Positions 1 through 12,471 of a stretch of DNA of 64,000 bases are shown one piece after another (position 1 is the stretch's first letter; the number at the start of each line of letters is the position of its first letter). The stretch comes from Macrostomum lignano (taxonomy: Eukaryota): NCBI GenBank assembly GCA_002269645.1, contig NIVC01003878.1, positions 8,475-72,474 of the forward strand, in the 5' to 3' direction. A program made the translations under genes and the position numbers. The notes under the pieces were generated by a model, which did not search any database, was not told where the DNA came from, and saw only the letters and a program-made list of their open reading frames with translations.

Positions 1-120
1 AGAGGGAGAGGAGAGAGAGTAGGGCACCTCCAATCTCAGGCGTTGACACGGTGAAAAAGGACTGATAAGTAAATTATTTTATATTGCTGATATTTCAAAT
101 CTGGTAAATTCTTCGTCAGG

Positions 121-655
121 GCGAGTAGGAGAGAGGGAGGGAAAGGAGAGAGAGGAAGAGAGGGAGAGAGGGAGAGAGGGAGAGACGGAGAGAGGGAGGG
201 AAAGGAGAGAGAAGAAGAGAGGGAGAGAGGGAGAGGGGGAGAGGGAGAGAGGGAGAGAGGGAGAGAGAGGAGAGAGGAGAGAGGGAGAGGGAGAGAGGGA
301 GAGGAAGAGAGGGAGAGGGAGAGGGAGAGAGGGAGAGGGAGAGAGGGAGAGGAAGAGAGGGAGAGGGAGAGGGAGAGAGGGAGAGGGAGAGGGAGAGAGG
401 GAGAGGGAGAGGGAGAGGGAGAGAGGGAGAGGGAGAGAGGGAGAGGGAGAGAGGGAGAGGGAGAGAGGGAGAGGGAGAGGGAGAGAGGGAGAGGGAGAGG
501 GAGAGGGAGAGAGGGAGAGGGAGAGAGGGAGAGGGAGAGAGGGAGAGGAAGAGAGGGAGAGGGAGAGGGAGAGAGGGAGAGGAAGAGAGGGAGAGGGAGA
601 GGGAGAGAGGGAGAGGGAGAGAGGGAGAGGGAGAGGGAGAGAGGGAAAGGAAGAG
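121..655. repeat. Polypurine (GA/GGGAGA)n microsatellite
   Basis: Continuous gagagg/gggaga repeats; produces the spurious Leu/Ser/Pro ORF 36..719. Confidence 0.95.
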
Positions 656-1400
656 AGCTCTTATTGCTTCTGCTGCGCTGAAGACAGGCCGGGAGAGAAA
701 GAAAAAGAGAGAAAGTCAATCAGTCACGCAGGCTCTCCTCCGCTCTTGAAAGCCTGGCCCCAGCCTCCTTCATCGCCCACCGAGTCACTAATGTTCAGCC
801 AATGCCTGGGGGATGCGGGGAAACCTATCCATAATTGCATGGATAGAAAGAAGGGCGAGGGGATGTGGGAAGACTGGGATATCCCCGTGGCAACGGCAGC
901 TGTAACGACGCTGCAAAATACCTGGCGCTAAGCTGCCACCAGCCCATTCCGCACGGCTTGATAGACAAGTGTTGCTACCAATGCCATTATAATTATAATT
1001 ATCATAATCCCCTGTATTAATTGCATGGAAATTATTGCCTGACAATGCAGACTGATGCCCCCAGCTGAGTTGCATTGCGTGACCAACAGCTTCGTAGCTT
1101 CAAAGAGCCGAGCTCTCCTTCGAATCCCTCACAGCGGGGGGGGCTTCAGACTTCAGTTAGCAACGGCAGACTCTCCATATCACTTCCTAGCTACTGTGGA
1201 ATAAACACGGCGACTGCTTCTCAAATTCTTTTTGTATCTTAGGGGGCAGGATTTGCCCGGAGATAGAGATTTATGAAGTTATCAACTGTTTTTCGCGCAG
1301 CTCGCAATAAATTATCATTGTCTGGATTTCTGAGTCAGGCTAGCGCTCTACTCACAAAATCTACCAGGGAAATCTTGCAAATACATGTAAAACTGTCTAG

Positions 1401-1831
1401 ATAAGCGCGCACTATCACAGAAGCGCGAAGTTGTATAAGCGCGCACTATCACAGAAGCGCGAAGTTGTATAAGCGCGCACTATCATAGGATGAGGCAGTT
1501 GTACAAGCGCGCACTATCACAGAAGCGCGAAGTTGTATAAGCGCGCACTATCACAGAAGCGCGAAGTTGTATAAGCGCGCACTATCACAGAAGCGCGAAG
1601 TTGTATAAGCGCGCACTATCATAGGATGGGGCAGTTGTATAAGCGCGCACTATCACAGAAGCGCGAAGTTGTATAAGCGCGCACTATCATAGGATGGGGC
1701 AGTTGTATAAGCGCGCACTATCACAGAAGCGCGAAGTTGTATAAGCGCGCACTATCATAGGATGGGGCAGTTGTATAAGCGCGCACTATCACAGAAGCGC
1801 GAAGTTGTATAAGCGCGCACTAACACAGAAG
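1401..1831. repeat. 34-bp minisatellite, about 12.5 copies, two interleaved variants
   Basis: Unit ataagcgcgcactatcacagaagcgcgaagttgt alternates irregularly with ataagcgcgcactatcataggatggggcagttgt. Confidence 0.95.
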
Positions 1832-2280
1832 GGCTCTACACACTATGCTAAATCAGTATCGAGTACAATCTAACCCTCGCATAGTAACAAAAACATTCTT
1901 TCACAGAATTTAAGCTATAAATTCGCAGGGCTTACAGAATAATTGGACCCGACCAAAGTAGAATTTCTGCTTCAACTCTTGGCTAACCTTAAAGCAGCTC
2001 AAACTTTTCGGTCTCTGTCTCAGATTCTTGACTTTCCAGTAAAAAAAATTTCTGACCCAAATTTCGGCCGTTTAAGAAATTTAAAGAAACTCATTTGTTC
2101 TGCTAATTAGGCCCTATAAAGAATCGTCGGCCTGCATCGTTTAAAATGCATCAATTAGTCACGTGCGCACACCTAGCCGAGCTTGCGTGCGTCATTTACC
2201 GCTTAGCCGTGTGAGGAGGCATTGGAACCCACATGAACTCACCTTAAATACATAATAGCGCCCACGGAACTCTGGAACTC

Positions 2281-3808
2281 TGGAACCCACATCAGCTCCC
2301 ATGGAATCCACACCAGCTCCCATGGAACCCACATCAGCTCACTGCAACCCACATCAACTCCCATGGAACCCACATCAGCTCACTGCAACCCACACCAGCT
2401 CCCATGGAATCCACATCAGCTCACTGCAACCCACATCAACTCCCATGGAACCCACATCAACTCCCATGGAACCCACATCAGCTCCCATGGAATCCACATC
2501 AGCTCACTGCAACCCACATCAACTCCCATGCAACCCACATCAACTCCCATGGAATCCACACCAGCTCTCATGGAACCCGCATCAGCTCCCATGGAATCCA
2601 CATCAGCTCCCATGGAATCCACATCAGCTCCCATGGAACCCACATCAGCTTCCATGGAATCCACATCAGCTCCCATGGAATCCACATCAGCTCCCATGGA
2701 ATCCACATCAGCTCCCATGGAACCCACATCAGCTTCCATGGAATCCACATCAGCTCCCATGGAATCCACATCAGCTCCCATGGAATCCACATCAGCTCCC
2801 ATGGAATCCACACCAGCTCCCATGGAACCCGCACCAGCTCCCATGGAATCCACATCAGCTCCCATGGAATCCACATCAGCTTCCATGGAATCCACATCAG
2901 CTCCCATGGAACCCGCATCAGCTCCCATGGAACCCACATCAGCTCCCATGGAATCCACATCAGCTCCCATGGAATCCACATCAGCTCCCATGGAACCCAC
3001 ATCAGCTCCCATGGAATCCACATCAGCTCCCATGGAATCCACACCAGCTCCCATGGAACCCGCACCAGCTCCCATGGAATCCACATCAGCTCCCATGGAA
3101 TCCACATCAGCTCCCATGGAACCCACATCAGCTTCCATGGAATCCACATCAGCTCCCATGGAACCCGCATCAGCTCCCATGGAACCCACATCAGCTCCCA
3201 TGGAATCCACATCAGCTCCCATGGAATCCACATCAGCTCCCATGGAATCCACATCAGCTCCCATGGAACCCACATCAGCTTCCATGGAATCCACATCAGC
3301 TCCCATGGAATCCACATCAGCTCCCATGGAATCCACATCAGCTCCCATGGAACCCACATCAGCTTCCATGGAACCCACATCAGCTTCCATGGAATCCACA
3401 TCAGCTCCCATGGAATCCACATCAGCTTCCATGGAATCCACATCAGCTTCCATGGAATCCACATCAGCTCCCATGGAATCCACATCAGCTCCCATGGAAT
3501 CCACATCAGCTCCCATGGAACCCGCATCAGCTCCCATGGAATCCACATCAGCTCCCATGGAATCCACATCAGCTTCCATGGAATCCACACCAGCTCCCAT
3601 GGAACCCGCACCAGCTCCCATGGAATCCACATCAGCTCCCATGGAATCCACATCAGCTCCCATGGAATCCACATCAGCTTCCATGGAATCCACACCAGCT
3701 CCCATGGAACCCGCACCAGCTCCCATGGAATCCACATCAGCTCCCATGGAATCCACATCAGCTCCCATGGAACCCACATCAGCTCCCATGGAATCCACAT
3801 CAGCTCCC
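2281..3808. repeat. 21-bp minisatellite, about 70 copies
   Basis: Unit catggaatccacatcagctcc with point variants; open in several frames (WNPHQLP / MESTSAP / HGIHISS), which is typical of a stop-free repeat. Confidence 0.97.
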
Positions 3809-4585
3809 TCATAGACTTCCTCCGGGATTTCAACCGGGAAGTTCTTGAAAAAAACATGTACCAATTCTGCAAAACATCCCCTAATCCCAGTTAGAATCCA
3901 CGCAAGAGGCGCGGTTCCCTCCAGCCGACCCCTCTTGCCCTTCCCCGACAGCCCGGACGGACAGTCCAAGGAGCAATTGTGCCAGCCCCGCCAAACCCAG
4001 GTTAGAAGGCAGAAGCAAGCAGGTCTTGACGACTGGCTGAAGAAAAAACACAGGCAGACAGGCAGGCGGACAGGCATTCACTCGCTCAAACCGGCCGATT
4101 ATGTAATAACGCGATGTGCGGCAGAGTTTCTACATGAAGATGATGATGAGCTGTGAGAAAGAATAATAATGCCCCAGCCTCCCATCCAGATCCCTGTGGG
4201 GTGAATCCCTTGTAGAAGAAGCTCGCAGACATTAGCCATTATTATTAGTGTTGTTATAATTAAAAGGCAAGGGGCTCATTGAAAAAGCTGCTGCCGATGC
4301 CGCATCCGGGGCAAGCAAGCAAGCAAAGGGTTGTGTTTTTTCCTGCAAAAATTTCCCTTTCCATAATTTCTCAAATTTTAGACCGATTGGATTGGACACC
4401 CCGGATCTGGCCAATCATGAGGCAGCTTTCCTATCTTTCCTCTCTCTCTTCTGTCTCTCTCTCTCCCGGGGTCTGAATAAGACCATGGAAAAAAGCAATT
4501 TATTTTAGACAGCTCAACTCATTCTTGGAATGCTCTCTGGTTGGTGCTACAGCTGTCATCATTAGGTGTAAATAGCTCATCAAGC

Positions 4586-4872
4586 TATAGACCAGTCCGG
4601 ACACATCGCCATAGACCAGTCCGGACACATCGCCATAGACCAGTCCGGACACATTGCCATAGACCAGTCCGGACACATCGCCATAGACCAGTCCGGACAC
4701 ATCGCCATAGACCAGTCCGGACACATCGCCATAGACCAGTCCGGACACATCGCCATAGACCAGTCCGGACACATCGCCATAGACCAGTCCGGACACATTG
4801 CCATAGACCAGTCCGGACACATCGCCATAGACCAGTCCGGACACATTGCCATAGACCAGTCCGGACACATTG
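4586..4872. repeat. 24-bp minisatellite, about 12 copies
   Basis: Unit ccatagaccagtccggacacatcg, ending about 18 bp upstream of the ATG at 4890. Confidence 0.95.
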
Positions 4873-4889
4873 CTGCAGGCACAGAGACA

Positions 4890-7328
4890 ATGAAAGAGAC
4901 GTCGCCCACCAATAGTAACCCAGCATCCGCTGCTTCATCGGAAGCTCCGTTACTTCTGGTCTCAACAGCGGCGGCGGCTGCGGCTGCTCATTCCGCCGAC
5001 AAGACGCAGACAGCAGCGACCACGGCAACAACCACAATGACTCCCACAACAGCCGGCTCCACAGCCTCTGAAGAATACGCCGATGCTCAAACTTCTGACG
5101 GAGCAACTCTGAAGGTGCGCCTCGCTGATGACTATCACGATGGCGACGTCGGCGCCGGTGGTGGTGGCCACCGAGGAAGCCGAAGCAGCGGCTGCTCGGC
5201 CACGTCAATCGCTCTGGCCGTCCTGCTGGCCGGCTTCGCAGTCGCCCTGCTGGTGCTTGGGCTGCTTTATTGCCTGGACCTGCGGTTCCAGTCCGGGCTC
5301 CGGCTGCCGCACCGAGCCCAGTTTCTCGGCTGCGACGGCGCCGACGGTAGCGGCGGCAGCGGCGAGGCGACATCGTTTGGCGACAACACCGACGATCCCT
5401 GCACCGGCGACTTCTACGCCAGGGCCTGCTCTGGCTACTCGGCGAGCCACCCGCTGCGCTGGCAGGCGGCCTCCGGGCGACTCGAATCGTCCAGGACTCG
5501 CCTGTCCGACACGCAGGAGGCCATCGAAGACGCGCTGGTGGAGCGGCTGTTCCACGGGCCGCAGGGCCCGGCCGCGCCGGCCTGGCAGTCGGCCGTCACC
5601 AACCTGACCCGGGCCTGCGCCAGAGCCGGCGCTGATTTCCCTCGCGACGAACTGCTCGACCTGCTGGCCGAACGGGACCACAACATTCGCCGACGCCTGC
5701 TGCCGCCGATGTCGTTCTTCAGCCGTCGCAGCCTCGGCTGGGCCGGCGGCAACGACAGCTGGGAGGCCACGCTGGGCCGCCTGGTAGGCAACGGGCTCGG
5801 CTTTGCCGTGGAACTGCGCCCAGAACCAGCGACAGCCGCGCAGACTGCGAACGCGGAGGCAGAGGCGGACGTCCTCAACTGGCTGCTGGAGCCGCGGCTG
5901 TCAAACATCGCACCGGGCAGCGACGCGGCCTCCGTGGCCGGGCTCGTCAAGGCGGCCTTCACCGACCTGCTGGGCCGCGGGGTGCCGCAGCTCATCGCCG
6001 AGGCGGTCGGGCGCTACCACGTCAGCCTGGCGAGGCTGCTGGCGGTCGTTGACGCCCCAGAGGAGCCGCCGCAGCTGCTGAGCCTGGACGAGGTGGCCGG
6101 GCTGTTTCCGGCTGGCTCGGCCGGCTGGGCGGCCTTCCGCTCGGCCGCTTTTCCTGGCTGGGCGAGCGGGCGATACCGCAGGCTGCGGGTACGGCGACCG
6201 GACACCCTGCGGCGGGTGCTGCGCCTCACGGCCAACCTGGACCCGGACAGCCTGGCCGGCTACGCCTTCGTCAACGCCCTGGCCGGCCTCGAGCGTTTCT
6301 CCGTCGGCCTAGCGGAGTTCTTCAACCAGCCCGGCCAGCGCGAGCTGCTCAGCCGACGTCAACCGCTGCCGCTGGGGCCGCCGCCGCCTCCGACGCAGCC
6401 CGAGACCATCGGACGCCGCTGCCTGCGCGTCGCCTTCGACTTGATGCCGTCGCCGTCGGCGTTGCCGCTTTTTCATCGGGGACGTCGCCGACTTGTGGCC
6501 GGCCTGCGGGCCCGTCTGGCCGACACGATCCGCGGCGCCTCGGACATCGAGCTGGCGGCAAAGGGCGGCCTCCTGCGCGCTCTGGACAGCGGCAGGTACG
6601 GCTACGCGTTCGGCGAGACCGACGAGGCGGCCGAGCTGCGAATGGCGAACGCCTACGGTGGCCTGGAGGCCAGACGGGAGGCCGGCTACCTGGGCATTGT
6701 GCTGAACATCCTGAGGCACCGTCGCATTGTTGGTCTCGGGTCTGCCTTTTACCGCGGCGGCAGCTCGACTGGGGACGTCGACGGAGGCCTGGGGCCGGCG
6801 CCGGCCCTGCTGGCCGAGCTGGCGACCCCGGGCCTGCGGTTCCCGCTGGCGGTGAACGCCCTGGCGCTGCGCCCGGCCGCCTTGGCCTTCCTCACCGCCC
6901 ACGACTTGCTGGCGCGGCAGCCTCAGCTGGAGTCGCTGACGGTAATCCGCTGCGCCGCAGCCACCAATCGCAGCGGCTTCGGCCTGCCGGCGGAGTCGTC
7001 GGCGAGGCGGACAGCGGCGGACCGGCAGCTGCGGTCGGCCAGTTTGGCCCTGGCTGCTCTGCGGCCACCAGCCGCTGCTGACAGCAAGAAGGAGATCGAC
7101 TTCGACCGCGACTTCCTGCTGACGGTGGGGCAGCTGCTGGCCTGCCATCGGTCGGCGCCGGGGCTAGAGACAACGGATACCGGCACGGGCCTCTCCATGG
7201 CCAGCCGGGCTCGCCTGATGGCGATTCTGCCCGAGTTCGGGCGGGCGTTCGGCTGCGGCCGGCCGCTTACCGGGACGGCTGCACCTGCTGCGTCAGCCGC
7301 TTGCCGACTGCTGCAGGTGGACGATTGA
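4890..7328 (+). CDS. Neprilysin/ECE-like (peptidase M13 family) type II membrane protein, predicted catalytically inactive, single coding exon, 812 aa
   Basis: Cytoplasmic N-terminus and one TM helix (IALAVLLAGFAVALLVLGLLYCL). M13 hallmarks: DDPCTGDFYARACSGY (cf. DPCxDFYxYACGGW), LTRAC, RRCLRVAFDLMP, and C-terminal FLLTVGQLLAC and PEFGRAFGC (cf. FFxxxAQxWC, xEFxxAFxC). The HExxH position reads AHDLLA. GC-rich, coding-like composition. Confidence 0.85.
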   Translation: MKETSPTNSNPASAASSEAPLLLVSTAAAAAAAHSADKTQTAATTATTTMTPTTAGSTASEEYADAQTSDGATLKVRLADDYHDGDVGAGGGGHRGSRSSGCSATSIALAVLLAGFAVALLVLGLLYCLDLRFQSGLRLPHRAQFLGCDGADGSGGSGEATSFGDNTDDPCTGDFYARACSGYSASHPLRWQAASGRLESSRTRLSDTQEAIEDALVERLFHGPQGPAAPAWQSAVTNLTRACARAGADFPRDELLDLLAERDHNIRRRLLPPMSFFSRRSLGWAGGNDSWEATLGRLVGNGLGFAVELRPEPATAAQTANAEAEADVLNWLLEPRLSNIAPGSDAASVAGLVKAAFTDLLGRGVPQLIAEAVGRYHVSLARLLAVVDAPEEPPQLLSLDEVAGLFPAGSAGWAAFRSAAFPGWASGRYRRLRVRRPDTLRRVLRLTANLDPDSLAGYAFVNALAGLERFSVGLAEFFNQPGQRELLSRRQPLPLGPPPPPTQPETIGRRCLRVAFDLMPSPSALPLFHRGRRRLVAGLRARLADTIRGASDIELAAKGGLLRALDSGRYGYAFGETDEAAELRMANAYGGLEARREAGYLGIVLNILRHRRIVGLGSAFYRGGSSTGDVDGGLGPAPALLAELATPGLRFPLAVNALALRPAALAFLTAHDLLARQPQLESLTVIRCAAATNRSGFGLPAESSARRTAADRQLRSASLALAALRPPAAADSKKEIDFDRDFLLTVGQLLACHRSAPGLETTDTGTGLSMASRARLMAILPEFGRAFGCGRPLTGTAAPAASAACRLLQVDD

Positions 7329-9261
7329 ATGGCGACTGTTTCATAGTCAATAATAATTGGAGGCTGGAGGTCCTTCCTTAGAAAGTAGCTTCTATTTGAA
7401 TTAAAAATTAGGTAGACTTTTTAAGGAAATAGTTTATTTGTTTAAAAGTTTGCTTTAAGCTGGCCCACCTAATGAAAACCGGTTGATTTCTTAGAAACTT
7501 ATGCAGAAATAGGTTCTTTCTTAGAAACAGAGGAAAATTCTTGATAGAAATCGACGGGTTTCTTAGAACTGGTTCATCTTTATGGTAATCGTCTGTTGCT
7601 TTAATGAACCAGTGAATTTCCTTGAGATCAGTGGATAATCAATACCAATAATCAATGAAACAATACAAAGAATCTAGTATTGTTCATTTTCGAGTGATTA
7701 CTTTTTGAAAATGTCTTGAAACATCGGTACAGTTAAAATGAGTAATTGACTTTTAAACTCCATTTTCCATTTCTAAGAAATCGTTCAATCTTTTTGTTGT
7801 ATCGAAGGCTGTTCCTGCAAAACAATAAGATTTTAAAATAGTAGCTTAAATAGTTCGTTAAAATTTAGAATAAATTGAATTAAATTTGAATTGATTAAAT
7901 TAGAGAATTATAGTAAAATTTATTTAAATTTAAATAATCAAAATAATAGAATAATATATTTATACTAACTTCACTTCACTTTACTTTACTTTACTTTTAG
8001 CTAGTAAAAGTAAATTATTTTTTATTGCTAAAATTATCTAATTAATTGTGCTACTTCAAAAGTTGAATGCAGTTGCTGGACTTCACTGGATTTTCCAGCG
8101 AATCAAGCAGCAATTAATCAAAAAAAACTTTGACCTCATTACGAATTGCGATACAATTTTTTTGCTGATAACCGACTTTGTGTTAAAATTCATGCAATTT
8201 CATCTTCATCTTGTACTACTTATAAATGTTAGCTGAATTTATACCATTATTCAACAATTTGACAGCTACAATGCCATATTTATATCTGTTGATTTTGAAT
8301 TTCACAACTCATTTATCACGGTTAGCTAATTTAATATCGCACTTTCAAGTGTCCCAATCTGAATTTTATGACACAATTTTTTTCAAAAACTTTGCATGCT
8401 ACTTAAAGTAGCGCTAATCGCTTGTACAAACTCTGGCATCCTTTATACTTAGTTTTTACAAATAGTTTAGTAAAATAAATACACGGCAATGCAATGCACT
8501 CATGAGCTAGCTAATAATCATAGTTATAACAAAAATTAAAACGGCAATCCGACTGAATTAGTATTATTATCAATTTTAAACTCTAAAAAGTAACACGACA
8601 TGTACTTGTCATTTAAGTACGAGTATAAAAATGAAACTTCTGTAAAAATCCAGTTTAAGAAATTTCAGTTTTATACCTTAGCGGGCAGGTAATTCCCTTT
8701 AAATAAATTCATTTATTCCTACGATTTACTACTTACATAGCTCTACGATCAGTAGTAGAAAAAACAGACCTTATTTTTATTCAAGTGTGGAATAAGGAAC
8801 TGCTGTTTTTTTATTAAAAAACAATTCTATTGAAATTTTTTAGCAATTATTTTTGTTTCATTAACAGATAGCTAACAGATAGCTATTAGGGGATACAGTT
8901 TTTGCTGTGCCAGAACGGAGCACACGATTCAACAATTCTGCCAGAAGGTCGGATTTTTCAAATGCACCCCTGTGCGCCAAATTTCATCAGTACGTCGACC
9001 ACATGTGTCCGCATCAGCTCTGGCTTTGTTGGTCACTGGCTTTCACCCAGGCGCAGTTTCTGGACCTTTAACAGGTGACAGCAAAAACTATTTGGTAGTT
9101 CGACGAGCAAAAAATGCGTTGGTGTTATGCCAACTGTTTACAAAACAAGTTTATTAGTGATGGAAGGGCAGAGGAGAAAAACGACAGAAAAAGCAAAGCA
9201 CAAAGCAACAGAGTACAGCTGGGCAGTGCAGGATGAACTTTGAGCAGGAGCCAGTCTGGAG

Positions 9262-9711
9262 CACAGATACTAAAATAACTGGATAGGCCACTCAGGCATA
9301 TATACTTAGTAAAACAGCTTTCTACTTTCAGTTCAGTAGCAAAGAAGAATACATAAACTATTTTATAAAAATAAACCCAGCTAAAACGACTTTGATAAGT
9401 TTAGTTAGCCCAAGCTTGCAGGCGTAAACTGAACCATTTGCTAATTGGTTCAGCAATAATGTACATTGGCCAGTCCACTGAAATGTACATGGCAGCTTTA
9501 GGCTGGAATTCCGAGAAAGCCAATAAAAACTGGGGCGGGGCGGGGGTGGTGTGGAAAGGCGCGTTTGGTTGGAGGGTTTAAGCTGGGGGATTAAATGAGC
9601 CTTGACTTTAAAAAATACATTAAAATGCTTCAGTTTAACTTGCTACTGAACTGAAAGTAGCTTACACGTTAATGTGCTGAGTGGCCCATCTTAGTTATTC
9701 TAATATCTGTG
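9262..9711 (+). mobile_element. MITE copy 1 (450 bp, P-superfamily-like ends)
   Basis: Ends CACAGATAC...ATATCTGTG; long imperfect TIRs include ctactttcagttcagtagc and its complement; exact 8-bp TSD GTCTGGAG at 9254-9261 and 9712-9719. Confidence 0.92.
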
Positions 9712-9892
9712 GTCTGGAGTAAGCATAAAACTATTGCTGTTAATGTTCCCTGCGAACAGGTGACAGCCGTATTAGCCATATACAGCCGTAAAAATGCCGT
9801 ATTGAGCAGAAGAAAACGCCATTATTCAGGTATTAGATAGACTTTAGCATATACATCAAAATTCAACTAGATTTAGATCGGACTGTATAAAT

Positions 9893-10192
9893 CAGGGCTC
9901 GGCAAACTCTGGCCCACGGAAGCGTCTCTATTTGGCTCTCGGGTCCATTGAAATTTGAAAATAGCGACCTAATGTTTGTCTCTGCTCAGCTCTCTTCTCT
10001 CTAATCTCATCCCTCCTCTCTCGTCTCCTTCCTCCTCTCTAGGATCTATCCTCATTTATTCCCTCGACTCTCCTTTCACTTATCTCCCTTCTCTCTTCTC
10101 TATTCCCTCTCCTCTCTCCCCTCCACTGGCCCGCAGTCATGCTCTAGGCTCTCTATCTGACCCTTTGAGGTAAAAAGGTTTGCCGACCCCAA
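9893..10192. mobile_element. Possible hAT (Charlie/Buster-type) non-autonomous element
   Basis: Left end cagggctcggcaaactctggccc and right end ctatctgaccctttgaggtaaaaaggtttgccgacccc are imperfect inverted repeats resembling hAT-Charlie termini as I recall them (CAGGGGTCGGCAAAC). The interior is CT-rich and there is no convincing TSD. Confidence 0.5.
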
Positions 10193-10552
10193 GGTATTAG
10201 AGATATTAACTGACAGACTAGGCGCAATAACAGTAATAAATAACAATTGTTTTTGAATACATTTAGTATTTATATTGTTGAGGTGGTAGAGCAGCTGAAT
10301 ACTTTTACATTAGAAAAACACAAAACAAACTGCTCCAATTAAGAGAAAAAATATTCAAAAAGCTAAAAAACTAAGGGTCTCGGTGCTCGTCTTCAAGGAT
10401 ATTCGGCCCCGCGAGTGTTCAACAGACCCTAGGGCTGCTCGACAGACCAAGGGCTCTCTCTCTCTCCCACTTTCCAGCCCAAGCAGAATGGGCGGCTCCT
10501 GCCTCCCCGCTGTGTCGTTGGACCAGAGCGCTCAGGGTGGAGCCCTGAGTCG

Positions 10553-12326
10553 GTGATGGAGGACTCAGGGAGAGCCGGTGGTGGAGGACTCAGGGAGAGT
10601 CGGTGGTGGAGGACTCAGGGAGAGCCGGTGATGGAGGACTCAGGGAGAGTCGGTGATGGAGGACTCAGGGAGAGCCGGTGGTGGAGGACTCAGGGAGAGC
10701 CGGTGGTGGAGGACTCAGGGAGAGCCGGTGGTGGAGGACTCAGGGAGAGCCGGTGGTGGAGGACTCAGGGAGAGCCGGTGGTGGAGGACTCAGGGAGAGC
10801 CGGTGGTGGAGGACTCAGGGAGAGCCGGTGGTGGAGGACTCAGGGAGAGTCGGTGGTGGAGGACTCAGGGAGACTCATGGAGAGTCGGTGGTGGAGGACT
10901 CAGGGAGACTCATGGAGAGTCGGTGGTGGAGGACTCAGGGAGACTCATGGAGAGTCGGTGGTGGAGGACTCAGGGAGACTCATGGAGAGTCGGTGGTGGA
11001 GGACTCAGGGAGACTCATGGAGAGTCGGTGGTGGAGGACTCAGGGAGAGTCGGTGGAGGACTCAGGGAGAGTCGGTGGTGGAGGACTCAGGGAGAGTCGG
11101 TGGTGGAGGACTCAGGGAGACTCATGGAGAGTCAGTGGTGGAGGACTCAGGGAGACTCATGGAGAGTCGGTGGTGGAGGACTCAGGGAGACTCATGGAGA
11201 GTCAGTGGTGGAGGACTCAGGGAGACTCATGGAGAGTCGGTGGTGGAGGACTCAGGGAGACTCATGGAGAGTCGGTGGTGGAGGACTCAGGGAGAGTCGG
11301 TGGTGGAGGACTCAGGGAGAGTCGGTGGTGGAGGACTCAGGGAGAGCCGGTGGTGGAGGACTCAGGGAGAGTCGGTGGTGGAGGACTCAGGGAGAGTCGG
11401 TGGTGGAGGACTCAGGGAGAGCCGGTGGTGGAGGACTCAGGGAGAGTCGGTGGTGGAGGACTCAGGGAGAGTCGGTGGTGGAGGACTCAGGGAGACTCAT
11501 GGAGAGTCGGTGGTGGAGGACTCAGGGAGAGTCGGTGGTGGAGGACTCAGGGAGACTCATGGAGAGTCGGTGGTGGAGGACTCAGGGAGACTCATGGAGA
11601 GTCGGTGGTGGAGGACTCAGGGAGAGTCGGTGGTGGAGGACTCAGGGAGAGTCGGTGGTGGAGGACTCAGGGAGACTCATGGAGAGTCGGTGGTGGAGGA
11701 CTCAGGGAGAGTCGGTGGTGGAGGACTCAGGGAGAGTCGGTGGTGGAGGACTCAGGGAGAGTCGGTGGTGGAGGACTCAGGGAGACTCATGGAGAGTCGG
11801 TGGTGGAGGACTCAGGGAGAGTCGGTGGTGGAGGACTCAGGGAGAGTCGGTGGTGGAGGACTCAGGGAGAGTCGGTGGTGGAGGACTCAGGGAGAGTCGG
11901 TGGTGGAGGACTCAGGGAGAGTCGGTGGTGGAGGACTCAGGGAGACTCATGGAGAGTCGGTGGTGGAGGACTCATGGAGAGTCGGTGGTGGAGGACTCAG
12001 GGAGAGACGGTGGTGGAGGACTCAGGGAGAGTCGGTGGTGGAGGACTCAGGGAGAGTCGGTGGTGGAGGACTCAGGGAGACTCATGGAGAGTCGGTGGTG
12101 GAGGACTCAGGGAGAGTCGGTGGTGGAGAACTCAGGGAGACTCAGGGAGAGCCGGTGGTGGAGGACTCAGGGAGAGCCGGTGGTGGAGGACTCAGGGAGA
12201 GTCGGTGGTGGAGAACTCAGGGAGACTCAAGGAGAGCCGGTGGTGGAGGACTCAGGGAGAGTCGGTGGTGGAGGACTCAGGGAGACTCAAGGAGAGTCGG
12301 TGGTGGAGGACTCAGGGAGAGCCGGT
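10553..12326. repeat. 25-bp G-rich minisatellite with a 37-bp variant
   Basis: Unit gagtcggtggtggaggactcaggga, often carrying a 12-bp gactcatggaga insert; gives three spurious ORFs of 560-640 aa. Confidence 0.97.
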
Positions 12327-12471
12327 GGAGGTCCCAGGAAGTGAATTTTCAGCCAGACACTCAGGTCAAGGAATGCATGCTGCAGTTTAGGTTTGGAAGA
12401 TTGTCATTCAGTCCAGTATGTCATGCTGTGCTAGCCTTAAATGTCTTTCTAGTCAGTCCAGCTAGTTCAGT

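Noticed and set aside
2301-4077. Five ORFs of 430-550 aa (WNPHQLP, MESTSAP, HGIHISS and antisense)
   Set aside because: Translations of a 21-bp stop-free tandem repeat in multiple frames on both strands; no unique domain.
720-4160. Possible exons in the unique islands between the first arrays (e.g. a - strand 29-nt FRGRYYVFK microexon at 2271-2243; + strand DFLRDFNREVLEKNMYQFCK near 3811)
   Set aside because: Some splice-like signals exist, but I could not build a phase-consistent model or recognise a family; RNA-seq would decide.
5128-7198. Alternative-frame and antisense ORFs over the M13-like gene, and similar ones over ADAM and ANKRD26 exons
   Set aside because: Expected shadow ORFs of very GC-rich coding sequence.
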